From an uncultured delta proteobacterium (GTDB taxonomy: Bacteria; Desulfobacterota; BSN033; UBA1163): 64,000 nt of DNA. Below are positions 20,463 to 29,698 of this stretch, piece by piece. Location: assembly GCA_963827685.1 (NCBI GenBank), contig CAWHBU010000004.1, forward strand, positions 416,001-480,000, read 5' to 3'. The translations under genes and the position numbers were made by a program. The notes below the pieces were generated by a model. That model was not told the origin of the DNA. It saw nothing but the letters and a program-made list of their open reading frames with translations, and searched no databases. Numbering within the stretch: position 1 is the first letter of the stretch; each line of letters opens with the position of its first letter.

Positions 20463-22925
20463 ATGCAAAAGATCGCAAGTAACGCTGAGGTGAAGGAAGA
20501 TCTGAAATCCCTGCCCCTGCCAGAATTGGAGAAAAAATTGGGGTCGTCGCCGAACGGCCTCAGTCAAGCCGAGGCGCAGCAACGGCTGACCCAATATGGG
20601 CCCAACGAGATTGAAGAAAAGAAAACCAATCCGTTCCTGAAATTTCTCACCTATTTTTGGGGACCCATCCCGTGGATGATTGAAGTGGCGGTTATTCTTT
20701 CGGCGGTGGTCAGGCACTGGCCGGATTTCTTCATTATCCTCGTGCTCCTGGTGGCCAACGCTGCTGTTGGCTTCTGGGAGGAATATCAAGCTGGCAACGC
20801 CATCGCCGCGCTGAAGGCTAAGCTGGCAATCCGTGCCCGCGTCCGACGCGATGGGAAATGGACCGCGGTGGCGGCGCGTGGACTGGTGCCCGGTGACGTT
20901 ATTAGCATGCGTCTCGGCGACATCGTGCCGGCGGATGCGTGCTTGTTGGAGGGTGATCCGGTGGAAGTGGACCAGTCCGCGTTGACGGGTGAGTCGTTGC
21001 CCGTCACGCGCAAAACCAGCGAGACAGTTTACTCGGGGTCGATTATCCGCCAAGGCGAAATTGAGGCACTGGTCTATGGTACGGGTCAGAACACGTACTT
21101 CGGCAAGACTGCGCAACTGGTGCAGGAGGCACATACCGTTAGTCATTTTCAGCGTGCCGTGCTCAAGATTGGTGACTACCTGATCGTTCTGGCGGTGGCG
21201 CTGGTGATTCTGATTCTGACCGTTGCGCTGTTCCGCGGCGATAAAATGGTCACAACGCTACAGTTCGCATTGGTACTGACGGTAGCCGCAATTCCCGTAG
21301 CGATGCCCACCGTGCTTTCCGTAACAATGGCTGTGGGAGCGCGGGTGCTGGCGGCAAAACAGGCGATTGTCAGCTGGCTGGTGGCCATCGAAGAGTTGGC
21401 GGGGATGGATGTGCTTTGTTCGGATAAAACAGGCACCTTGACGCAAAACAAGCTGACTCTGGGCCCCCCGTTCAGCATCGAAGGAGTCAGCTCCGGCCAG
21501 GTGATTCTCAATGCTGCGCTGGCGTCGCGCGCGGAAAACCAGGACACCATTGATCTGGCCGTACTGAGCGGCATGAAGAACGATCAGGCTCTTAAGGGCT
21601 ACGAGGTAATCCATTTCCAGCCGTTCGACCCGGTGCACAAGCGCACCGAGGCCACCGTCAAAACGGCGGACGGGAAGACGTTCAAGGTGACGAAAGGCGC
21701 ACCGCAGGTGATATTGGAGTTGGCGGCCAATGCCGCACAGGTAAAGCCCACAGTCGAGAAAGGCATCAATGAATTCGCGGCGCGCGGCTTCCGTTCTCTC
21801 GGCGTGGCGCGCACCGATGAGCAGGGGCAATGGCAGTTTCTCGGTATACTGCCGCTTTTCGACCCGCCCCGCGGGGATTCTAAAGCGACCATCGCAACCG
21901 GGCGACAGATGGGCGTGAATGTGAAGATGGTTACGGGTGATCAATCGGCCATCGCCCGGGAAACCGCCCGGCAACTGGGGCTGGGCACGAACATCCTCGA
22001 TGCCAGCGGCTTCGGCGACACGCGTCATCACGAGACCGCGCAGTTGGCAGAGTCTATCGAAAAAGCGGACGGTTTCGCTCAGGTGTTCCCCGAACACAAG
22101 TTCCACATTGTAGATGTCTTACAGCAACACGGTCACATTGTCGGCATGACCGGTGACGGGGTAAACGATGCCCCTGCGCTGAAAAAGGCCGACTGCGGCA
22201 TCGCTGTCTCGGACGCGACGGACGCGGCGCGCGCCGCAGCTGCTATCGTGTTGCTTACGCCTGGACTTTCCGTAATCATCGACGCGATCAAGGAGAGTCG
22301 CAAAATCTTCCAGCGAATGAACAGCTACGCGACCTACCGCATCGCCGAGACGATTCGCGTGCTTTTGTTCATGACGTTGTCGATCCTGGTGTTTAACTTT
22401 TACCCGGTGACGGCGGTGATGATTGTGCTACTGGCGTTGCTCAACGACGGTGCGATCCTGTCCATCGCGTATGACAAGGTGCACTACTCGAATAAGCCGG
22501 AGGGCTGGAACATGCGGGTGGTGTTGGGGATCGCGACGGTGCTGGGCATGGCCGGTGTGGTTGCGTCGTTCGGGCTTTTCTATCTCGGTGAGCGTGTGTT
22601 TCACTTGGACCGTGAATTCATTCAGTCGCTGATGTACCTGAAGCTCTCCGTGGCAGGGCATCTGACGATTTTTATCACCCGCACCCGGGGCCCTTTCTGG
22701 TCTATACGTCCCGCGCGGATTCTGCTGACGGCAGTGATTGGCACGCAACTGGTTGCCACAGTTTTTGCGGTGTATGGAATCCTGATGACACCCATTGGTT
22801 GGGGCTGGGGGCTGGCGGTGTGGGGTTATGCCTTGGCCTGGTTTTTGGTGAACGATCGGATTAAATTGGCGGCGTATCGGATTTTCAACCTGCACGAGCC
22901 AGGGTTATTAGTCAAGGGGCGCTAA
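20463..22925 (+). CDS. Plasma-membrane-type proton-efflux P-type ATPase (P3A)
   Basis: TGES, IPVAMPTVLS, DKTGTLT, KGAP, GDGVNDAP, ALLNDG. Confidence 0.93.
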   Translation: MQKIASNAEVKEDLKSLPLPELEKKLGSSPNGLSQAEAQQRLTQYGPNEIEEKKTNPFLKFLTYFWGPIPWMIEVAVILSAVVRHWPDFFIILVLLVANAAVGFWEEYQAGNAIAALKAKLAIRARVRRDGKWTAVAARGLVPGDVISMRLGDIVPADACLLEGDPVEVDQSALTGESLPVTRKTSETVYSGSIIRQGEIEALVYGTGQNTYFGKTAQLVQEAHTVSHFQRAVLKIGDYLIVLAVALVILILTVALFRGDKMVTTLQFALVLTVAAIPVAMPTVLSVTMAVGARVLAAKQAIVSWLVAIEELAGMDVLCSDKTGTLTQNKLTLGPPFSIEGVSSGQVILNAALASRAENQDTIDLAVLSGMKNDQALKGYEVIHFQPFDPVHKRTEATVKTADGKTFKVTKGAPQVILELAANAAQVKPTVEKGINEFAARGFRSLGVARTDEQGQWQFLGILPLFDPPRGDSKATIATGRQMGVNVKMVTGDQSAIARETARQLGLGTNILDASGFGDTRHHETAQLAESIEKADGFAQVFPEHKFHIVDVLQQHGHIVGMTGDGVNDAPALKKADCGIAVSDATDAARAAAAIVLLTPGLSVIIDAIKESRKIFQRMNSYATYRIAETIRVLLFMTLSILVFNFYPVTAVMIVLLALLNDGAILSIAYDKVHYSNKPEGWNMRVVLGIATVLGMAGVVASFGLFYLGERVFHLDREFIQSLMYLKLSVAGHLTIFITRTRGPFWSIRPARILLTAVIGTQLVATVFAVYGILMTPIGWGWGLAVWGYALAWFLVNDRIKLAAYRIFNLHEPGLLVKGR

Positions 22926-22965
22926 AAAGTGAGGGGGAATGCGGTGAGAGAAAGGAGGAAAGGAG

Positions 22966-23454
22966 ATGCAGGTAGTGAAAAGAATAGCCACAGGCGTGCC
23001 TACAGTTATATTTTGTTCGTTACTCATTCTTCAATTAGCCTCAGCTGATTTTTCCAAGTGGAAAGACGAGAAAGGAATCGTCCATTTCAAACAGAACAAA
23101 GCAATTCCTCAAAAATACAGTCAAAACCTGGAAGGACAATATTGGGAAGAACTCAAAAACCCAAATTTTCCATTGGCACTTATAGATTGGCAACTTATTA
23201 CTAACCCGAGATCCAACGACAAATATATGGAAAAATGTATTATCGGAACTGTCAAAAATAATTCCGAAAAAGAATTTTCCGAGGTCAAGGTCGAATTTAC
23301 CGTTTATGATGAGGAAGGTGCTCAAATAGGCACTGTGTTTAGTAACCTCTATGATTTTAAACCTGGCGGCATTTGGAAATTTGAAATTCCTGTCACATCC
23401 GATGTCGGTAAAGCAGAATTGAAGGGACTTTATGTTCCTAAAAAAGAACTTTAA
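22966..23454 (+). CDS. Secreted protein with DUF4124-like N-terminus and FxLYD-like domain
   Basis: KWKDEKGIVHF; IIGTVKNNS...VEFTVYDEEGAQIG...PGGIWKF. Confidence 0.75.
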   Translation: MQVVKRIATGVPTVIFCSLLILQLASADFSKWKDEKGIVHFKQNKAIPQKYSQNLEGQYWEELKNPNFPLALIDWQLITNPRSNDKYMEKCIIGTVKNNSEKEFSEVKVEFTVYDEEGAQIGTVFSNLYDFKPGGIWKFEIPVTSDVGKAELKGLYVPKKEL

Positions 23455-23507
23455 AAAGACTAAAAGGGGTTTGGTGATCGACACAAATCCTTAAAGGAGA
23501 TACTGAG

Positions 23508-24293
23508 ATGACTGGAAAAAGAAAACAGCAATTGAGTGAACTTGGTCGCAGATTTCTGGTTGCGATAGCGTTCCTCGCCGCTCTCTTATTGCCTATTTTT
23601 ATAGTACATACGGAAAGGGGTGAAGCAACCGAGCCGCAGGTGGTCAGCCAGCAACAGGGGTTGCGAGCTACCAAGATCATAGACGTCGTTGTTAAAAATG
23701 ATCGAGGGGATGAGGTGGGTGAGGTTGATGACCTTATCATGAGCCGAAATGGTAAAGTTAAAAAAGTAATCTTATCCGTAGGAGGGTTTTTGAAAATTGG
23801 CGAAAAATTGGTAGCAGTACCCTTTAGGGCATTGCGAATCACTGAAAGGGGAGACATTCTTTATAACATTACCAAGGAACAGCTTGAGAAGCATCCAAGC
23901 TTCAACTACAAAGAAGAACTTCCCTATGAGGATTACTATTCTTCATATAGAAACCCATCGCCTCCATTTCAAATGGGAAAATACAGGGGTAAATACTCCC
24001 CGTGGGAGTGGGAATATTTTCCGAGTCGTCTCTCTGTAAGCGCTATCTTAAGTAGAACGGTTTTGAATAATAAAGGTGAAGAATTGGGCGACATCGATGA
24101 CCTTATTATCAATCAAGAGGGTAAGGTTGAAAAGATCATTTTGGCTGTGGGCGGGTTCAAGTTCATGGGAATGGGCGAAAAGTTGGTAGCACTTCCGTTT
24201 AAGCCACTGAAGATTACCGATCTAGGTATCATTTACAACATCACAGCCCAGCAGCTCAACAATCTTCCAGAATTCAGCTACGGAAAAAAGTAG
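23508..24293 (+). CDS. Tandem PRC-barrel domain protein
   Basis: Two repeats of VxNxxGEExGxxDDLI...ILxVGGF...KLVAxPF. Confidence 0.88.
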   Translation: MTGKRKQQLSELGRRFLVAIAFLAALLLPIFIVHTERGEATEPQVVSQQQGLRATKIIDVVVKNDRGDEVGEVDDLIMSRNGKVKKVILSVGGFLKIGEKLVAVPFRALRITERGDILYNITKEQLEKHPSFNYKEELPYEDYYSSYRNPSPPFQMGKYRGKYSPWEWEYFPSRLSVSAILSRTVLNNKGEELGDIDDLIINQEGKVEKIILAVGGFKFMGMGEKLVALPFKPLKITDLGIIYNITAQQLNNLPEFSYGKK

Positions 24294-24379
24294 ACAAAAC
24301 CAACCATTATGAATAAAATTGTTGGGGCACATCGGGACAAGCCCCATGATCCTTAAGTCTAAAGAGAAGGAGGAAGTCT

Positions 24380-24673
24380 ATGCAGTTCTTCTTCGGGTTG
24401 GCATTTTTGGTAGTCATTGTGTTAGCTATCTTTGCTATTCAAAATTCAACGGCTCCAACGGTGACGATGAAATTTCTTTTTTGGCAGTTTGAAACCTCCT
24501 TCGTCTATGCCATTCTGGGATCCATCGGCTCAGGGATGGCCATCATTCTTCTTCTCTGGATTCCATCCGCTATTAAAGGTTCATTTCGCTCGAAAAATTT
24601 GAAAAAAGAGATCGATATTCTGAAGAGGGAAAGGGACCATCAAAAGGAAGTAAACAAATCGAGAGAGCCATAA
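24380..24673 (+). CDS. LapA-family (DUF1049) membrane protein
   Basis: AIFAIQNS...VTMKFLFWQF, TM helix, coiled tail. Confidence 0.8.
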   Translation: MQFFFGLAFLVVIVLAIFAIQNSTAPTVTMKFLFWQFETSFVYAILGSIGSGMAIILLLWIPSAIKGSFRSKNLKKEIDILKRERDHQKEVNKSREP

Positions 24674-24837
24674 GAAGCCCCATCATCTTTTTTCGAGGTC
24701 TGACAGGCCAAGTCAAGAAAGGCATCGTAGGGCGATTTGTATGATACGGAGAGAATAGAAACGGAAACGAAGTCGATTGTCCGACACAGGCATCTTCATC
24801 TTGTCGGGCGCAAGGGAATAGTTAACCATAGAAACTC

Positions 24838-24996
24838 ATGAAAAAGTTCGAAACGGAAGTCCGGCTTAACCGGGAGATGAGCTTAATGGATGTCACGCTG
24901 ATCGGCGTAGGCGCGATGATCGTCGGGAAAAGATTCATGGAAAAGCATTGCACATTCGCAGGTGTGAGGAATCTTATTCAGCATCTCTTGGAGTAG
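24838..24996 (+). pseudogene. APC amino-acid permease N-terminal remnant
   Basis: MKKFETEVRLNREMSLMDVTLIGVGAMI matches APC TM1 (xxGVGAMIGAGIF), then jumps to an unrelated tail and stops after 52 aa. Confidence 0.6.
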
Positions 24997-25093
24997 TGGA
25001 AGTAAGTTGGAATATAGGCTTCATAAATGATTTGGCTATATATAATTGATGTTCGTGACATAGTTATCTATTTTACCGAGAGAGGAGAATATC

Positions 25094-25660
25094 ATGGTCG
25101 AAGAGAAAAAAAAGACAGATGGGGGAAAGAAGTCTTCAATTGAAACCTTAATAAACACTCTTTCCAGCATTAAAGACAAAGCGCGCGAGGGGGCACGTCA
25201 CACTCTTGTGGCCATGGGAAAAGCCGCGGTGCCGGCACTAATCGAGGCGCTAAAAAGTAAGAATGCCTTGATGAGATGGGAAGCGGCCAAGGCCCTTGAG
25301 GAAATTGGCGATCCAGAGACAGCGCCTGTGTTGGTGAAGGCGCTGGAAAATGACGACTTTGACGTCCGCTGGCTTGCAGCCGAAGGGTTGATCAAAATGA
25401 ACATCAAGGGGTTAAAGCCCTTACTCGAGGCATTAGAACTTCGGGGAGATTCAGTTTTGCTCCGAGAAGGCGCTCACCATGTATTTCACGACCTGGCAAA
25501 AGGAGGATTGAGAAAATATCTGGTTCCTGTGTTGGCTTCATTGGAGGCTCTGGAACCAGGGGAGCAAGTTCCCTGGGTGGCTCGCCATGAGTTGGCGGTA
25601 GAGGTACCCATGGCGGCTCGCCAGGCCTTGGAAATACTGAAGAAATTGAAGAAGCCCTAG
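25094..25660 (+). CDS. HEAT-repeat (PBS lyase-like) protein
   Basis: AVPALIEAL...RWEAAKALEEIGD...VRWLAAEGL. Confidence 0.85.
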   Translation: MVEEKKKTDGGKKSSIETLINTLSSIKDKAREGARHTLVAMGKAAVPALIEALKSKNALMRWEAAKALEEIGDPETAPVLVKALENDDFDVRWLAAEGLIKMNIKGLKPLLEALELRGDSVLLREGAHHVFHDLAKGGLRKYLVPVLASLEALEPGEQVPWVARHELAVEVPMAARQALEILKKLKKP

Positions 25661-25906
25661 ATCGCCTTCAACACATTCGTCCTTTGGCCGAAGCCCTTCA
25701 CTATTAATTTAACGAGATCTGATCTAGCTCAAGGGAATGGGATATCGAAAGGAAAGCCGGCGACAAAGTGCAGTTGCAAGATCTGAGGCAAAAACTCAGT
25801 CACGTGTTAATGAGCTAAATAGGTTATAATTTTTTTAGGAGTTCCAATATGTGTTTTTCGTATAGTTGATCGAAAAATGTGTGTTTTTTTTAAAGGAGGA
25901 GTTACA

Positions 25907-26440
25907 GTGAAGCGTTTAACAGTGGTTTTCTTCTTTATGCTAATTTTCTTGCTATGGAATGTCTCGGTAGTTACTGCTCAATTCTTTGAGGCAGGGGTTC
26001 AAAAATTGGAGACCCCCATCGAGGCTCCTAATTTTAGGTTGAAGGAGATAGGGGGGCGAATGATCTCTCTCAAAGCGTTCAGGGGAAAAGTTGTTCTTCT
26101 AAACTTTTTTTCCCCTTCATGCTCAGTTTGCCAGAAGCAAGCTTCTTCTTTTGACAAACTGGACGAGGTAATTAGGAGCAAGGATGCCATTTTTCTCAGC
26201 GTAGCCGTGGAAGGAAGGGAAAAAGATTTACTAAAATATAAAGAGAAATTTAACCTCTCCGTACCCATTCTCATTGATGAAGATGGGTCCGTTGCTAAGG
26301 CTTATAGAATCCGAGGCCACCATGAAACTTTTTTCATTAACCGAAAGGGAAAGATTGTTGGGAAAACGTTCGCAGAAAAGGATTGGACATCACCAAGCAT
26401 GAAGAACCTCATTCAGTATCTTTTGAAGGAGGATAGATAA
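25907..26440 (+). CDS. TlpA/redoxin-family thiol-disulfide oxidoreductase
   Basis: APNFRL, GKVVLLNFFSPSCSVC; GTG start after AGGAGG. Confidence 0.85.
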   Translation: MKRLTVVFFFMLIFLLWNVSVVTAQFFEAGVQKLETPIEAPNFRLKEIGGRMISLKAFRGKVVLLNFFSPSCSVCQKQASSFDKLDEVIRSKDAIFLSVAVEGREKDLLKYKEKFNLSVPILIDEDGSVAKAYRIRGHHETFFINRKGKIVGKTFAEKDWTSPSMKNLIQYLLKEDR

Positions 26441-26743
26441 ATCAAATCGGTTTTGGAAGATCCTTTGTTAGCGATTGATTTTTTATTAACATTTTCTCTT
26501 TCTAAATGGAATCTTAACATTTGATGGGTTCTTCATCGAACGATGACTATATCGGCCTTGAAATGGGAATAGTTACCACCATTCCCAGAGGATGAGATTG
26601 AAGAAATGGAAAAGGTAATAGTGCTCCACAGAATGAAAGCAGCATATTTCTCCTCAGAGTGCCCAAATGCTGTCAGCTATCTGAAAGGCTGTGCCAACGC
26701 CATGGCGAGTTAAATGTTAAAATTATAGTGAAAGGAGAATAAA

Positions 26744-27079
26744 ATGAAGAAACTTCCTTTAATTGTAGTCTTAGCATTGGTGATCGGAGTGATCTTTTAT
26801 GTCATTGATGGGAAAGCACAAATGGGGCCTGGTTATGGCGGGTACGGAATGGGCTGGGGATATGGGATGGGATGGTTTTGGAGTATCATCATGGTTGCCT
26901 TTTGGATCGCAGTGATTGTTGCAGTGGTTCTTCTTGTTAGGTGGCTCATAATAACGTCGAGGGCTGGTGGACATTTGGCAAAGTCAGAGGATTCGCCCCT
27001 GGGAATCCTTAAGCGGAGGTATGCACGAGGCGAGATCAACAAAGAAGAGTTTGAGGAAAAGAAGAAGGATCTGGCTTAA
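26744..27079 (+). CDS. SHOCT-domain membrane protein
   Basis: Gly/Met/Tyr-rich N-terminus, TM helix, ILKRRYARGEINKEEF. Confidence 0.88.
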   Translation: MKKLPLIVVLALVIGVIFYVIDGKAQMGPGYGGYGMGWGYGMGWFWSIIMVAFWIAVIVAVVLLVRWLIITSRAGGHLAKSEDSPLGILKRRYARGEINKEEFEEKKKDLA

Positions 27080-27213
27080 TTTAGTTGGTTGGTTTTCTGT
27101 GGCTGACTTTTTAGAAAATCTGGAACCTTACTGCGAATCTTACAAAGAAGAGAGTATGGTGGCGGCGAGAATATTTAGTGTTTTGATCTTATGGATAGAC
27201 GGATACTCTAAGG

Positions 27214-27642
27214 TTATTTAAATTTCTTTATGATTTCCACCTTGATCTTATCAAGGGGCATTTTCTCGTCGTAGAGTTTTTTTGTCAAGAGGGCCTCCTC
27301 TTGGCATATCATTCATCCTGCACCATGGTTATCAATAAAACAGTCTAAAAGATTTTCATGGCCAAAAGGCTCACACTCACAGAAACAGGGCATCTGAGCC
27401 AAAATCTTTGGAATCTCCCGTGCTACTTGATAAGCCTTCTTAGCTTTACCCTTAAAAAGGTTTGGATCAAGAGTCTTTGGTAATCCAGTCTGTGGATTGG
27501 TCATTTTCTCTTTTAGAGCTTTAAAGGCTTTTGGATCTGTTTCTTGTGCGAAAGCTTTAGCACGTTCTCCGGTAACCCACGTAAGCCCTAAAGCCAAAAT
27601 AAGGATTATCAGAACTCGATAAGGCATTTTATTTTCAACCAA
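27214..27642 (-). CDS. PCYCGC-motif family protein, probable selenoprotein (UGA at 27315-27313 read as Sec)
   Basis: MPCFCEC...GHENLLDCF..NHGAG-TGA-MICQEEALLTKKLYDEKMPLDKIKVEIIKKFK-TAA; the family motif is HGxxCxxC; start may be ATG 27627. Confidence 0.75.
27286..27303 (-). promoter_or_regulatory. SECIS-like hairpin
   Basis: CAAGAGG-AGGC-CCTCTTG, a 7-bp stem starting 10 nt after the in-frame UGA. Confidence 0.6.
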
Positions 27643-27893
27643 ATCTATTCTCTGCTCTACACATACAATTTCAGTTCGTTACATTGTATTTTAAATCTCA
27701 ATATCTGAAGTTGTCAAACCAATATTGAAAGAGATAAGCTGACTCTGCCTTTGTTATTCGCCATTCAAACTTTCTAATGGCAATCTTCAATCATAGGATG
27801 CAATCTTAATTCAAGATCTGTAGGTGGAAGCGTTAAGTTTGGTGTGTGGGCAACATTTTCTAAGAAAATAAGGAGTTCTTCCTCAAATCAAGG

Positions 27894-27923
27894 TTGACAG
27901 CTTCCTGAAAAAATTTGTAGACT
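27894..27923 (+). promoter_or_regulatory. Sigma70-type promoter
   Basis: TTGACA-N18-TAGACT. Confidence 0.55.
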
Positions 27924-28188
27924 TCAATTGATAATTCTCAGCGTATCTGGAGCTTATTTAATTTCAAGCGGCAAGCGAGATCGTCATGGTCCAGCTTTGC
28001 GCTGAGAGATGGGATGTCTTCCTATCTTATGCAATCCGTGAAAGGGCCTTTCCGGTCTTGTTCTTATCTCCATCTTTTAGCTCACTCCAGTGAATCTGTT
28101 TTCCTAAATCATTTGTTCAAAACATTAACCGTGATATAATCATCCAGGGTGAACGACTATCGTTATGGATTGAGGATTCGAAGTTAAG

Positions 28189-29439
28189 ATGATCATTCGA
28201 GGGAAAATTCCAGGAACAGAGTCTCTAACGGACATCATTGTCGAGAATGGAAGAATCATCCAAGTTTTCCCTTATCAAAAAGGAACTTCTTGTGGCCGGA
28301 ACGTGCCCCACAAGCCCCGCCTTGTAGGCGGGGTCAAGGGGCACAATATGAAAGGAAACTACCTTTCCGGGAAGCGCCGGCCTGTGGCCGGAGAGCTTCA
28401 TTTCGGCAGGGATGATCTGTATCTATGTTCAGGTTTTTTCGATCCCCAAGTGAACGGGTTTGCTGGGGTGGACTTCAATAACCCTCGTCTTTCCCGTGAC
28501 GGCCTTCATGGGGCAGCCCTCTCCTTGGCCTCCACTGGCATCACTCGCTTTCTTCCTACTCTCATCACTTCCTCTCATGAGAAGATGGTTCACCAGTTGA
28601 AAATCATTGGTGGCGCTTTGGGGAGCGATCCTCTCCTCCGGAAAATGTGTCTTGGAATCCACCTCGAAGGACCCTATATTTCTCCTGAGGAGGGACCCCG
28701 AGGAGTTCACCTTCGAAAGTTTATCCGGCCTCCTCAATGGGAAGAAGTGGAGAGGTATCAGGAAGCAAGCGATGGCCGGATCAAGTGTGTCACTTTAGCT
28801 CCGGAAGTGAAGGGAGCGATCCCTTTCATCAAGAAAGCAGCGGCCCATGGAATAGTTATTGGCATCGGACATACCAATGCCACTGAAGAGGTACTTGAGG
28901 AAGCTGTTCAGGCGGGGGCCCGTCTCTCCTGTCACCTTGGAAATGCAACCCCAAGACCTTCGTCTCTTCATCAGAATCCCATCCGAAAACAATTGGCTAT
29001 GGATGAATTAATGGTAAGCATCATCGTCGATGGAATTCATCTCCCTCCTGACGCAGTGAATGATTATGTTGGGGCAAAAGGTGTGGATCGAATCCTCCTG
29101 ACCACCGATAGCATGGCCGGAGCAGGAGCCTCTCCGGGAAGATACACATTGGGAGACTTGGAGGTGGAAGTGGGTCCTGATCGGGCAGCCCGGTCGGTGG
29201 GCACTTCTCGTCTGGCAGGTTCTACTCTCACCATGGACCGTGCCATTAGCAATGTCATGCGGTTTGCAGGAATTGATCTTGCTTCAGCGATTCAGATGGC
29301 AGCGAAAAATGCACAGAGACTTTTTCCGGAAGTGGAAGGAGAAATGATTCCAGGCCATTCTGCCGATTTAGTCCTTTTCGAATATGAAGAGGAACTGGTA
29401 GTTCGATCCACATGGATTGAAGGGGAGAAGATATTTTAG
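28189..29439 (+). CDS. nagA: N-acetylglucosamine-6-phosphate deacetylase-like amidohydrolase with an in-frame repeat insertion near the N-terminus
   Basis: DPQVNG, PTLIT, GIHLEGPY, TLAPE, IGHT, HLGN, DGIH, TDS, LAGSTLTM. Confidence 0.88.
   Translation: MIIRGKIPGTESLTDIIVENGRIIQVFPYQKGTSCGRNVPHKPRLVGGVKGHNMKGNYLSGKRRPVAGELHFGRDDLYLCSGFFDPQVNGFAGVDFNNPRLSRDGLHGAALSLASTGITRFLPTLITSSHEKMVHQLKIIGGALGSDPLLRKMCLGIHLEGPYISPEEGPRGVHLRKFIRPPQWEEVERYQEASDGRIKCVTLAPEVKGAIPFIKKAAAHGIVIGIGHTNATEEVLEEAVQAGARLSCHLGNATPRPSSLHQNPIRKQLAMDELMVSIIVDGIHLPPDAVNDYVGAKGVDRILLTTDSMAGAGASPGRYTLGDLEVEVGPDRAARSVGTSRLAGSTLTMDRAISNVMRFAGIDLASAIQMAAKNAQRLFPEVEGEMIPGHSADLVLFEYEEELVVRSTWIEGEKIF
28293..28403 (+). repeat. About 110-bp palindromic mini-element, copy 1 (inside nagA)
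   Basis: Aligns with the reverse complement of 63030..63139. Confidence 0.85.
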
Positions 29440-29698
29440 AAATGTGATAAGATAACCCAGATATTGCATTGAAAATGCAGTTGAATGTGCTTCGAAACCT
29501 TTATCAAGCGGTTCTTTACTATGTTTTATGGGTAACTGCGATATCACCTGAGGTGACTTCTTCAATGTGCTTGGAAACGCAGCAGCAACACGCGAAAAGG
29601 TTCCGCTGTAAAGGTTCTCCAGCACACCCAACTGCATTTTGGAACTTTTCTATGGAACTGGCAGGATGATTAAGGACTTTAGAAAAGGAGGATGACGC

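Noticed and set aside
9206-22925. Many overlapping antisense and alternate-frame ORFs (e.g. 10178..10705, 20442..21146, 21258..22106)
   Set aside because: Shadow ORFs of GC-rich genes with clear family motifs; no independent motifs or RBS.
27930-28090. glmS ribozyme or other known riboswitch upstream of nagA
   Set aside because: Core consensus segments could not be matched by eye; kept only as an unassigned structured-RNA candidate.
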